Assembly (NCBI GenBank): GCA_049967655.1 | Contig: JBMFSH010000012.1 | Span: forward strand, 11,746 to 75,745 | Reading direction: 5' to 3' | Source: Acidobacteriota bacterium | Lineage (GTDB): Bacteria; Acidobacteriota; UBA4820; DSQY01 | Length of the DNA: 64,000 bases | Shown: one piece after another, positions 1 to 8,000 of the stretch | Position numbering within the stretch: position 1 is the first letter of the stretch | Layout: each line of letters begins with the position of its first letter | Made by a program: the position numbers and the translations under genes | The notes under the pieces: model-generated | What the model saw: only the letters and a program-made list of their open reading frames with translations | Database searches by the model: none | What the model was told of the DNA's origin: nothing

Positions 1-1
1 G

Positions 2-652
2 CCGCATGGTCATGGCGAATTGCTCGGGCTCTGGAAAGCCCTGGACGGTGGCCGCGAGGTAACCATAGGGACCCCTGACGCGGCTGAAGAGCGCCCCGAT
101 CCGGGGCAGCAGGCGGTGGAAATAGAGGCGGTAGAGGGGACCGAAGAGGCGGCCCCGCGGCTCCGAAAACTCCAGAACCACGAGCCGTCCACCGGGTTTG
201 AGCACCCGGGCGGCCTCCGCGAGCCCCCGCTCCAGATCCTCGAAATTGCGCACCCCGAAGGCCACCGTAATGCCATCCACGCAGTCGTCGCGCAGGGGCA
301 GGCGGAGCGCGTCCGCCTGTACCCAGCAGATCCCGCTCCCCTGACGTCGGGCCTTCTTCATCGCGATCTCCAGCATGGGTCCCGTAAAATCCAGGCCCAT
401 CACCCTGGCGCCCGAACGCCTCGCCAGCGCGAAGGCGAGGTCTCCCGTGCCCGTGCAGAGGTCCAGGTAGAGGCCCCGAGGTTTGGGCTCCATGGCCCGG
501 ACAGCCATCCGTCTCCAGTAGCGGTCCACATTCAGAGATAGGGCGTGGTTCAGGAAATCGTAGGTGGGGGCGATGGCCCCGAACATGCGGGTCACCTCCC
601 CGGCTTCCTTCCGCTGGGGGTCCGGAGCCACCCGGCGAACGGCCCTGATCAT
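2..652 (-). CDS. menG: UbiE/MenG family ubiquinone/menaquinone C-methyltransferase (runs off the window start)
   Basis: Not in the ORF track. Manual translation from ATG at 652 gives MIRAVRRVAPDPQRKEAGEVTRMFGAIAPTYDFLNHALSLNVDRYWR...RVLKPGGRLVVLEFSEP...YFHRLLPRIG...YGYL, typical UbiE motifs. ATGA overlap with the upstream gene stop. Confidence 0.9.
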   Translation of the reverse strand, partial: MIRAVRRVAPDPQRKEAGEVTRMFGAIAPTYDFLNHALSLNVDRYWRRMAVRAMEPKPRGLYLDLCTGTGDLAFALARRSGARVMGLDFTGPMLEIAMKKARRQGSGICWVQADALRLPLRDDCVDGITVAFGVRNFEDLERGLAEAARVLKPGGRLVVLEFSEPRGRLFGPLYRLYFHRLLPRIGALFSRVRGPYGYLAATVQGFPEPEQFAMTMR

Positions 653-1614
653 GGCAGCTCGTCCGCCAGCGCCCTGGTCAGCTCCTCGGGGTTGCAGGTG
701 GCCGTGCCCATCTTACCCACCACCACACCGGCCGCGGCGTTGGCCATGTGCGCCGCCTCCGACAGGGCAACGCCCGAGGCCAGGGCCAGGCTCAGCACGG
801 CCACTACGGTGTCGCCCGCCCCGGTCACGTCGTAGACCTCGCGGACCCGGGCGGGGATGTGCTCCAAGGCTCCCGTCCGCCGAGCCAGGACCATGCCCTC
901 CTCCCCCACCGTAAAGAGGATCGCCGCCCAGTCGGTGCGGGAAAAGAGCCCCGCGGCGGCGGCTCCCGCCTGCTCCAGCGAGAAGGCGTGGCCGCAGAGG
1001 CCCTCGGCCTCGGCACGGTTCGGCGTGAGAACCGTGGCCCCCGGATAGGGAAAGTGGGAGGGCTTGGGATCCACGACGTAGGGGATGCCGGCGGCCTTGG
1101 CCATCTCGCCGACGGCCGCCAGGCTGGTGTGGTCAAAGAGCCCCTTGGCGTAGTCCGAGACCACGAGTGCCCCACACCCGGGCAATGCGCTCTCTATGGA
1201 GGTCAGGACTCTCTGGCGCGCCCGCTCGTCCAGAGGCTCCTTCACCTCGCGATCGACGCGTACCACCTGCTGGTGGTGCGCGACGATACGGGTCTTCACG
1301 GTGGTGAGGCGCCCGGCGATTTCGACCAGCGCGTCGGTGGAGAGTCCGGCGCCCGCCAGCACTTCGAGGAACTGCCTCCCGGTGGGATCGTCCCCGATCG
1401 CACCCACCAGGGTCACCGCCCCTCCGAGGGCCACGATGTTGTTGGCCACGTTCGCCGCCCCACCGGGCAGGGCCCGTTCGCTGGTCACCTCCACCACCGG
1501 GATGGGGGCCTCGGGCGAAATACGGTGGACGGATCCGTAGACGAAGCGGTCGAGGATCAGGTCCCCGGCCACCAAAATCTTTATCCCTCGCCAGTCTGGC
1601 AGCCCACTTCTCAT
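649..1614 (-). CDS. rfaE1: D-glycero-beta-D-manno-heptose-7-phosphate kinase (RfaE domain I, PfkB family)
   Basis: Motifs GDLILDRFVYGSVHRISPEAPIPV, GGAANVANN, VSDYAKG, DVTGAGDTV. ATG at 1614 follows GGAGG. Confidence 0.93.
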   Translation of the reverse strand: MRSGLPDWRGIKILVAGDLILDRFVYGSVHRISPEAPIPVVEVTSERALPGGAANVANNIVALGGAVTLVGAIGDDPTGRQFLEVLAGAGLSTDALVEIAGRLTTVKTRIVAHHQQVVRVDREVKEPLDERARQRVLTSIESALPGCGALVVSDYAKGLFDHTSLAAVGEMAKAAGIPYVVDPKPSHFPYPGATVLTPNRAEAEGLCGHAFSLEQAGAAAAGLFSRTDWAAILFTVGEEGMVLARRTGALEHIPARVREVYDVTGAGDTVVAVLSLALASGVALSEAAHMANAAAGVVVGKMGTATCNPEELTRALADELP

Positions 1615-1633
1615 GCCTCCCCCCACCCGTCGG

Positions 1634-2050
1634 TCATATACCGGCTTCCCACAAATACCACCAGTTCAGTAGAAACGCCACGAGCAGGCCAAGCCAGAAC
1701 CACTTCTCCTCCCTCGGCGAGAGTTCGATGATGAAATCCCGTTCGGCGAAGCGGGCCACCAGCCCGACGAGAGTCCAGAGAACGAGGGCGGCCAGGATGA
1801 GGAGCAGGAGCGGATTGCTGTGAAAGGAGGCGGCCAGCCTCCCGTGCAGCAGGTCCAGCACCATCCTCGTGGCCCCGCAGGTGGGGCAGGGGTGGCCGGT
1901 GATTAGATGGAAGCCGCAAGGCGGCAGGAACCTCGCCGGGAGGCGCTCCGCCACCAGGCCAGCCGCGCCCAGCACCAGCAACCCCAGCCCCACGCCGACC
2001 CACGCGGGAGTGGGATTCTCTTTCCGGTGCGGAGCCAACCCAAGCTTCAC
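1634..2050 (-). CDS. DUF2752-like membrane protein
   Basis: CGFHLITGHPCPTCGATR...SNP motif and three hydrophobic segments. Confidence 0.75.
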   Translation of the reverse strand: MKLGLAPHRKENPTPAWVGVGLGLLVLGAAGLVAERLPARFLPPCGFHLITGHPCPTCGATRMVLDLLHGRLAASFHSNPLLLLILAALVLWTLVGLVARFAERDFIIELSPREEKWFWLGLLVAFLLNWWYLWEAGI

Positions 2051-3387
2051 TTCGGCCCCGCCTTCGACGTCCCCTTCACCAAGGTAAAGGAGGCCACGAT
2101 CTTGCCCCAGGCTTGCTCGGGCAGGACGAAGGCCACGCTGCGCTTGGCGGGGTGGGCGTACCAGGTTCCTGAGGAATCCCGGCCCAGCTCCACGCGGTCC
2201 GAGAAGCCCTGTCCCCGGAAGGTGATCGTCACGGCGGGCGGAGAGAGCCCGAGTTTACCGGGTTCCGTAAGGGGCACCGCCCGCTCACCGCGAAGGGAGG
2301 AGAGGCCATCGGCCAGAATGCTGGCTTGGGCCCCCTTGGGTGGGAGCTTCGGTTGGGTGAACACCCAGCCCAGCTTCTCGTCCCGCTTCAATGCGAGGGA
2401 GTAGAGGCCCGAGACGCCGATCTCCTGGACATCGTAGAAGTCGTGCGATATGAGGTTCATGGAGCGCAGCTTCTCCGGATCCTGGTCCAGGGACTTCAGC
2501 GAGTTGAGGGAGACGGCCATGACCGACGGGCGGTTGGAGACCCAGGCGTAGACCAGCCGCTTCTCGGGCGCGCCGCCGGGGACGGCCTTCCCGAGCTTGG
2601 CCTCGATGGTCTGGCCCTTGGCCGTCACCAGAATGTCGGTGGAGGGCGGATCGAGGCCGTAGGTGGACAGGTCGGCCGGCTTGTCCGAAACGTATTGGTC
2701 CACGGGGCAGAGGGAGATGTCGTCGAGGAGATTCTCGATCTGGTTGGTGTCCCCGCGGTCGCTGAAGGGGGCGGTGACGCTCCACCCTCCTGCGGGGTCG
2801 CGAGAGAGGGCGAGCGTCTCGGCTCCACCGCGCAGGACCTTCAGAGACTGGATGTCCGCCGTTCCGACCGTGAGGAGGTCCTTGGAGCGGAAGCTGGACA
2901 CGGGTTCGAGGAGTAGGCTTTCGAGGTCCGGCGCCACCAGGGCGGTCCGGGCGCCGATCCGCACGTAGAGCCCTTCGTCCAGGGGCGCCTTGGCCCCCAC
3001 GTCCAGGACCACCGGCTTCGTCGGCCCCTTCAACGTCCACACGGCCCTGGGCGGGGAGAGGCCCAGCTCCGCCTCCGATGCGGTGGGTTCCACCCAGCGC
3101 AGGACCGTCGCCCTGGAGAGGCGGTCCAGGAAGCCCTCCACTCCGTAGCGGTCGGCGGCGTCGTCAACGGGCTGGCTCACTCGCCAGCCGCCTCCCTTTT
3201 CTTTGACCAGGGAAATCGCCCCCTGCCCGCTGCGGCTCAACTGGCTGACCTGGTCGGGTTTGAAGTCCACGAGACGGTTGCGCCGCTCGGCGATCTGCTC
3301 CGTGCTGGGCTGCTTCCGCTCCCAGAGGGCGATGAAGGAGACCAAGAGCGCCACCATGGCCAGCAGAATCCACGTGGATCTCTTCAT
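2047..3387 (-). CDS. DUF4340 domain protein (N-terminal membrane anchor, repeated YGLxPP units)
   Basis: Repeated ELGLSPP/TYGLDPP/KLGLSPP motifs. Lies downstream of GldG/F/A-like genes. Confidence 0.8.
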   Translation of the reverse strand: MKRSTWILLAMVALLVSFIALWERKQPSTEQIAERRNRLVDFKPDQVSQLSRSGQGAISLVKEKGGGWRVSQPVDDAADRYGVEGFLDRLSRATVLRWVEPTASEAELGLSPPRAVWTLKGPTKPVVLDVGAKAPLDEGLYVRIGARTALVAPDLESLLLEPVSSFRSKDLLTVGTADIQSLKVLRGGAETLALSRDPAGGWSVTAPFSDRGDTNQIENLLDDISLCPVDQYVSDKPADLSTYGLDPPSTDILVTAKGQTIEAKLGKAVPGGAPEKRLVYAWVSNRPSVMAVSLNSLKSLDQDPEKLRSMNLISHDFYDVQEIGVSGLYSLALKRDEKLGWVFTQPKLPPKGAQASILADGLSSLRGERAVPLTEPGKLGLSPPAVTITFRGQGFSDRVELGRDSSGTWYAHPAKRSVAFVLPEQAWGKIVASFTLVKGTSKAGPK

Positions 3388-3393
3388 GGCTCC

Positions 3394-4842
3394 TCACCTC
3401 CGTCGGCGCAGGTAGGCGAACACCCCCGCCGCTACAACCAGTCCGGGAAGGATGACGACGAAGAGGATGAAGAGGAAGTTGGACTGCGAGGCGGTCAGCG
3501 TCAGGTGCGTCTCCACCTCGGTCTTGGGAGGAATGGCCAGCCGGCTGGTCTGGGAGAGCAGCCAGTGAATGGAGTTGAGACAGAAGAGGAGGTTTCCCGC
3601 CCCCGTCTGCAAGAGCCCGTCGCTCGCCACGTCCGAGTCGCCTACCACCACCAGGCGGCACTGGTCAGCCGTGTCCTTGGAGCTCACCGCGGCGGCCATG
3701 GTCAGGGGCCCCTGCGCGTCCGTCGGCTTTTTTTCGACGCCCTTGTCGATGTTGGCGAGATCCCGCATGCCCCACGACTGCGGCGAGGACTGCAGGAGAG
3801 CCTCGCAGTGGTAGGCCTTGTTCTGGGGGGTGCCGAGGGTGAGGGACTGGGCCAGGCTGAGGAGCACGGGCAGCTTGTTCTGGACCAGGTCCTTCACAAC
3901 AGGCTCTTCCCCCACGGCCTGGGCGAAGAAGGTCTGCGCTCCGAGGTAGGGCACCGATGCGGCCGGATCCACCGCGATGTCGTGCCCGAGCGTGATGCCC
4001 CATTCCTGGAGGGTCGTCCCCAGGCCCGTGGAGCCGAAGGTCGGCGGCTTTCCGCTCTCGATGACGGGATCCAGAAGAAAGAGGGCCTTCCCTCCCTTTT
4101 GGAGGTAGTGGTCGATAACCTGGGCCTCCTGCGGAAGGAAGGGGCTCTTGGGCCCCGCGATGACCAGCATGCTGGCGTCCGAGGGCACTTCGGTCTTGCC
4201 CAGGCTAGCCCATTCCAGGACCTTGGCGCCCTCCTTGGCGAGGCGGGCCTTCAGAAGGCTGATGCCCTCTCCTTGAGCGCCGGCGTCTCGCTCGCCGTGG
4301 CCGGTGGTGAAGTAGATCACGGGGGTCTCCGGGTGCTCCAGGCTGAAGATGGCGTTGGTGAAGGCCGCCTCGGCCTTGAAGCTCTTGATGGCGGGCTGGC
4401 CGCCGAGGCCCGCGCTGGAGAAGTCGTAATCCACCATCTGGTCCTTCTCCACGTACTTGCTTTTGCCCCCGAGGGCGAAGACCACCACGTTGGCCATGGA
4501 GACCTTGTACTGCTGGGCAAGGGCCTCCATCCTGGCGCGCTGCCGGTCGGGATCGATGGTCTCCACCTGCACCAGGGGGCTGGCGGCGGCGTAGCCGTCC
4601 AACAGGTCCTTCACCCTCTCGTACAGGGGATCGTTGGGGGCGAGAAAGACCACGACCTTGAGCGGCTCCTTGAGCTCTCCGAGCACCTTTTTGGTCTCCT
4701 GAGAAATGGTGAAGGAGCGGCTGGCCGTGAGGTCCCACCGGTGGTAGTGGCGGAAGGCCAGGTAGTTCACAATCAGGAAGAGAGCGGTCAGGAGCACCAG
4801 GAAGACGCTCCAGTTGGTCTCTTGCAGGAGTCTTTTCTTCAT
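3394..4842 (-). CDS. GldG-family / ABC-type uncharacterised transport auxiliary protein
   Basis: RWDLTASRSFTIS, IYFTTGHGE, LVIAGP, RLVVVGDSD, NLLFCLNSIHWL; N- and C-terminal TM helices. Confidence 0.85.
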   Translation of the reverse strand: MKKRLLQETNWSVFLVLLTALFLIVNYLAFRHYHRWDLTASRSFTISQETKKVLGELKEPLKVVVFLAPNDPLYERVKDLLDGYAAASPLVQVETIDPDRQRARMEALAQQYKVSMANVVVFALGGKSKYVEKDQMVDYDFSSAGLGGQPAIKSFKAEAAFTNAIFSLEHPETPVIYFTTGHGERDAGAQGEGISLLKARLAKEGAKVLEWASLGKTEVPSDASMLVIAGPKSPFLPQEAQVIDHYLQKGGKALFLLDPVIESGKPPTFGSTGLGTTLQEWGITLGHDIAVDPAASVPYLGAQTFFAQAVGEEPVVKDLVQNKLPVLLSLAQSLTLGTPQNKAYHCEALLQSSPQSWGMRDLANIDKGVEKKPTDAQGPLTMAAAVSSKDTADQCRLVVVGDSDVASDGLLQTGAGNLLFCLNSIHWLLSQTSRLAIPPKTEVETHLTLTASQSNFLFILFVVILPGLVVAAGVFAYLRRRR

Positions 4843-4846
4843 GGGG

Positions 4847-5587
4847 CTATCTCCAACGCCGAGTCTGCATGGCCTGATACCCGAGGGCCAGAAAAAGAGC
4901 GGTTCCTGACAGGCAGTAGACCACCGATCGGCTGTCCACCACCCCCTTGGCGAAGCCCTGCATGATCGACCAAAGATCCACGTACTGAAGAATGGGCTTC
5001 CAGAAGGGATCGGTCACCAGGAAGGTGAGGATGGAGATCAGGATCAGCAGGAGCAGTATGGCGAAGCACAGGATGGCCGCCACCACCTGATTCTTGGAGA
5101 CCAGGCTCGTAAACAGGCCGATGGCGATGAAGAACATGCCCACCATCAGCACGCCCAGATAGCCCGAGATCACGGGGCCTGCGTCCACCTTCGAGTAGGC
5201 CGTGAGCGCCCAGACGTAAAGGACCGTGGGCAGCCAGGCCGCCGCGTAGAGAGCCATGGCGCCCAGATACTTGCCGATCACCACCTCCAGATCGGAGACG
5301 GGAGCGGTCATGAGGGTCTCGATGGTCCCGGTCTTTCGCTCCTCGGCCCCCAGCTTCATGGTGATGACCGGGGTCATGACGATCATGAAGATCCAGAAGA
5401 AGGTGGTGCCGCCGAAGAAGAGAAGCATGGGCTGGGCCGAGAAGGCTCCGGGCTGACTCAGGGCCGCCAGGATCACGGAGAAGATGAATCCGTTCATGAG
5501 GAGGAAGGCGGCGATCACGATGTAGGCCATGGGGGCGAAGAAGTAGCTCGTCAATTCCTTCCGGGCGATGGCCATCACCGCTCTCAT
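4847..5587 (-). CDS. ABC-2 permease, GldF-like
   Basis: IARKELTSYF, EERKTGTIETLMTAPVSDLEVVIGKYL, six TM segments. Confidence 0.88.
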   Translation of the reverse strand: MRAVMAIARKELTSYFFAPMAYIVIAAFLLMNGFIFSVILAALSQPGAFSAQPMLLFFGGTTFFWIFMIVMTPVITMKLGAEERKTGTIETLMTAPVSDLEVVIGKYLGAMALYAAAWLPTVLYVWALTAYSKVDAGPVISGYLGVLMVGMFFIAIGLFTSLVSKNQVVAAILCFAILLLLILISILTFLVTDPFWKPILQYVDLWSIMQGFAKGVVDSRSVVYCLSGTALFLALGYQAMQTRRWR

Positions 5588-6540
5588 GAGAGCACCTCCG
5601 GATTGTTCTCGTGGGTCATGATGGAGAGGAAGGCCTCCTCCAGCGAGACCTGCTGGACGCTCAACTCCAGAAGCGGCAGTCCGGCGGCGGCGCAGGCCCT
5701 GAAGATGCCCTCCCGCGCATCCACGCCCTGCGCCGTCAGAATGTGGAAGCGGGGCGGCCCTTCGGCTGCCGCCAGCCTCTCCACGCGCTCCACCCCCGGC
5801 ACTCCTTCCAGGCAGCGCCGGGCCGCGTCGGCGTCCGCTGAGATGGTGCAGAGCAGCCCGGAGGCCTCGCCGCCGAGGCCCTGGCGAAGCTCGGAGACGG
5901 GGCCGTCGTAGAGCAGGGCTCCGTGATGGAGGATCAGGGCCCGGGAGCAGATGGCCTCCACCTCGGGCAGGATGTGGGTGGAGAGGATCACCGTGTGGTC
6001 GGCGCTCAGGGTCTTGATCAGCGAGCGGGTGTGCACGATCTGAACCGGATCCAGGCCCACCGTCGGCTCATCCAGGATCAGCACCGGTGGATTGGCAAGA
6101 AGGGCGTCGGCCAATCCTATCCTCTGGCGAAAGCCCTTCGAGCAGGCACCGATGATCCGGTCCTTGACTTCGGTCACCTCGCAGGCCTCCAGAACCTCCT
6201 GGATACGGCCCTTGCGCGTTTTTCCGGGAATGCCCTTGAGGGCCGCACGGAAGGCGAGATATTCCTGGACGCGCAGGTCCTCGTAGAGGGGGTTGTTCTC
6301 GGGCAGATAGCCGATGAGCCGGCGCACCGCCTTGGTGTCCTCCTGCGCCGAATGGTCACCGACGAAGACCTCGCCAGACGTGGGGGGGAGAAAACCTGTC
6401 ATGATCCGAAGAGTGGTAGACTTGCCGGCCCCGTTGGGCCCGAGAAAACCCACGATTTCGCCGGGGCGGACTTGGAAGGAGACGTGATTGACGGCCGCAG
6501 TGTCGCCATACCTCTTGACCAGGTCCTTCACTTCGATCAT
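5584..6540 (-). CDS. ABC transporter ATP-binding protein, GldA-like
   Basis: Walker A GPNGAGKST, signature SKGFRQR, Walker B LILDEPT, STHIL. Confidence 0.93.
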   Translation of the reverse strand: MIEVKDLVKRYGDTAAVNHVSFQVRPGEIVGFLGPNGAGKSTTLRIMTGFLPPTSGEVFVGDHSAQEDTKAVRRLIGYLPENNPLYEDLRVQEYLAFRAALKGIPGKTRKGRIQEVLEACEVTEVKDRIIGACSKGFRQRIGLADALLANPPVLILDEPTVGLDPVQIVHTRSLIKTLSADHTVILSTHILPEVEAICSRALILHHGALLYDGPVSELRQGLGGEASGLLCTISADADAARRCLEGVPGVERVERLAAAEGPPRFHILTAQGVDAREGIFRACAAAGLPLLELSVQQVSLEEAFLSIMTHENNPEVLS

Positions 6541-6558
6541 CCGGACCTCCAGATTGTG

Positions 6559-6903
6559 TCAGGCAGTGACGAGAAACAACGAAACCTTACGGGCGGTTTC
6601 CGCTTTGCCGGCGGAGTGGGCGCGCTCTTGCAAGGCCTGCAGGTGGCTCTTGCTGGGCGGGATACCCAGGGCTTTGCAGGTGTTCAGAAGAAGCAGAAGA
6701 TCGGCACTCTCCACCGCCACATCCAGGAGTCTCTCCAGGGCCGGCGTGTCTTGGGCGGCTTGGTAGAACTCCAGGGCATCGTGGAGATTGCCCGCCCTTT
6801 CATAGGTGCTCCCCCAGGCGCTGAGTTCGGCTGGGGGCTCCGGACTGGTGTAGAGGATCTTGTGCTTCTCGGCTACCGTCAGGGGGAATTTGGCGCTCGC
6901 CAT
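6559..6903 (-). CDS. Hypothetical helical protein (~114 aa)
   Basis: ATG at 6903 after GGAGG (MASAKFPLTVAEKHKILY...), plausible composition, first gene of the ABC operon. Confidence 0.6.
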   Translation of the reverse strand: MASAKFPLTVAEKHKILYTSPEPPAELSAWGSTYERAGNLHDALEFYQAAQDTPALERLLDVAVESADLLLLLNTCKALGIPPSKSHLQALQERAHSAGKAETARKVSLFLVTA

Positions 6904-7022
6904 GCGGCATCCTCCGTGAAGGTGCCCAGCATACACCCGCCACCGCCGGGAGGCGAGGGGTGCTCCCGGGGGGATGCTCCCGGGAGACAAAAGGGGGCGC
7001 CCGAGAGAAGACGCTGGCAGGG

Positions 7023-7053
7023 CAAAAAAATAGGGGGGGCTTGCGCCCCCCGG
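7023..7053 (-). terminator. Rho-independent terminator of hsp20
   Basis: Minus strand GGGGGGC-GCAA-GCCCCCC followed by CTATTTTTTT, just after the hsp20 stop. Confidence 0.85.
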
Positions 7054-7074
7054 CGGACAACGGCCTGGATGCGG

Positions 7075-7515
7075 TTAGCCCTTGATGGCGATACGCTTGG
7101 GTTTGGACTCCTCGGCCTTCGGGACGATGAGCTGCAAGATGCCGTCCTTGTAAGTGGCCGAGATCTTGTCGGCCTCCACTCGAGAGGGCAGGGTGAAGGA
7201 GCGCGTGAATCGGCCGTAGGCCCGCTCGATGCGATGGTAGGTCTCCTTTTGGGACTCCGCCTCGAACTTCCTTTCGCCGCGGATGGTGAGGAGGTTGTTC
7301 TCCAGGTGAACCTCGATGTCCTCCCGCTTCATGCCGGGCATGTCGGCCTCGATGACATACTGTCCCTCCTCTTCGCGCAGATCCACGGCGGGGCTCCAGG
7401 CTCCGTACTCCAATTCGGCTGACTGGGTTTTCCCGAAGTTTTCGTCGAAGAGACGGTTCAACTGATCATGCATGGTGAGCAGCTCCCGCATAGGGTTCCA
7501 ACGACTGATGGCCAT
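7075..7515 (-). CDS. Hsp20 / alpha-crystallin small heat-shock protein
   Basis: WSPAVDLRE, ADMPGM, YHRIERAYGRFTRSFTLP, ATYKDGILQL; strong SD AAGGAGGT. Confidence 0.95.
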   Translation of the reverse strand: MAISRWNPMRELLTMHDQLNRLFDENFGKTQSAELEYGAWSPAVDLREEEGQYVIEADMPGMKREDIEVHLENNLLTIRGERKFEAESQKETYHRIERAYGRFTRSFTLPSRVEADKISATYKDGILQLIVPKAEESKPKRIAIKG

Positions 7516-7569
7516 GTGTGTAACCTCCTTTCTGTGGTTCAGGATGCCGTTTCATCTGCATCCGGCTAT

Positions 7570-7609
7570 AATATAAAACCGCACAGTAATGTTGTCAAGT
7601 ATTATACCA
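7570..7609 (-). promoter_or_regulatory. Tandem sigma70-type promoters of hsp20
   Basis: Minus strand TTGACA(7598-7593)-N17-TATATT(7575-7570), plus an extended -10 TGGTATAAT (7609-7601) in an AT-rich patch. Confidence 0.7.
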
Positions 7610-8000
7610 AAAGAACGCTCATATAGATTGCAACAAACTGATAATTCATAGGTTGTACGCGGAATGAGGGAGGCGAAGAGGCAGACTTTCCCAATCCCGC
7701 GATGGAACGGGGGAAAGAGCATGGAAAGCAGGTGGGACAAGGCATTGGAGAAGAGGCCCTAGTTCCCTATCAAGGGATTGGGGCGCCCTTGAGCCAAGGG
7801 CGGGAGGGCGCCAAGGGTGGGGTGAGGGTCCACGGGCTTGGCCCGTGGAGCGGGGCCCCGCAGGGCAATCTCCCGAACCGTCGGGCTTGGCTCGCGGTTC
7901 GGTGCGGCAAGGCCATGACCCTCCCCGTCCAGGGGACAACGTCTTTCCCCCGTGAGCCGTAGCCGAAGGCACCCGCGTATCCATCGTGGAATTTGGGGGC

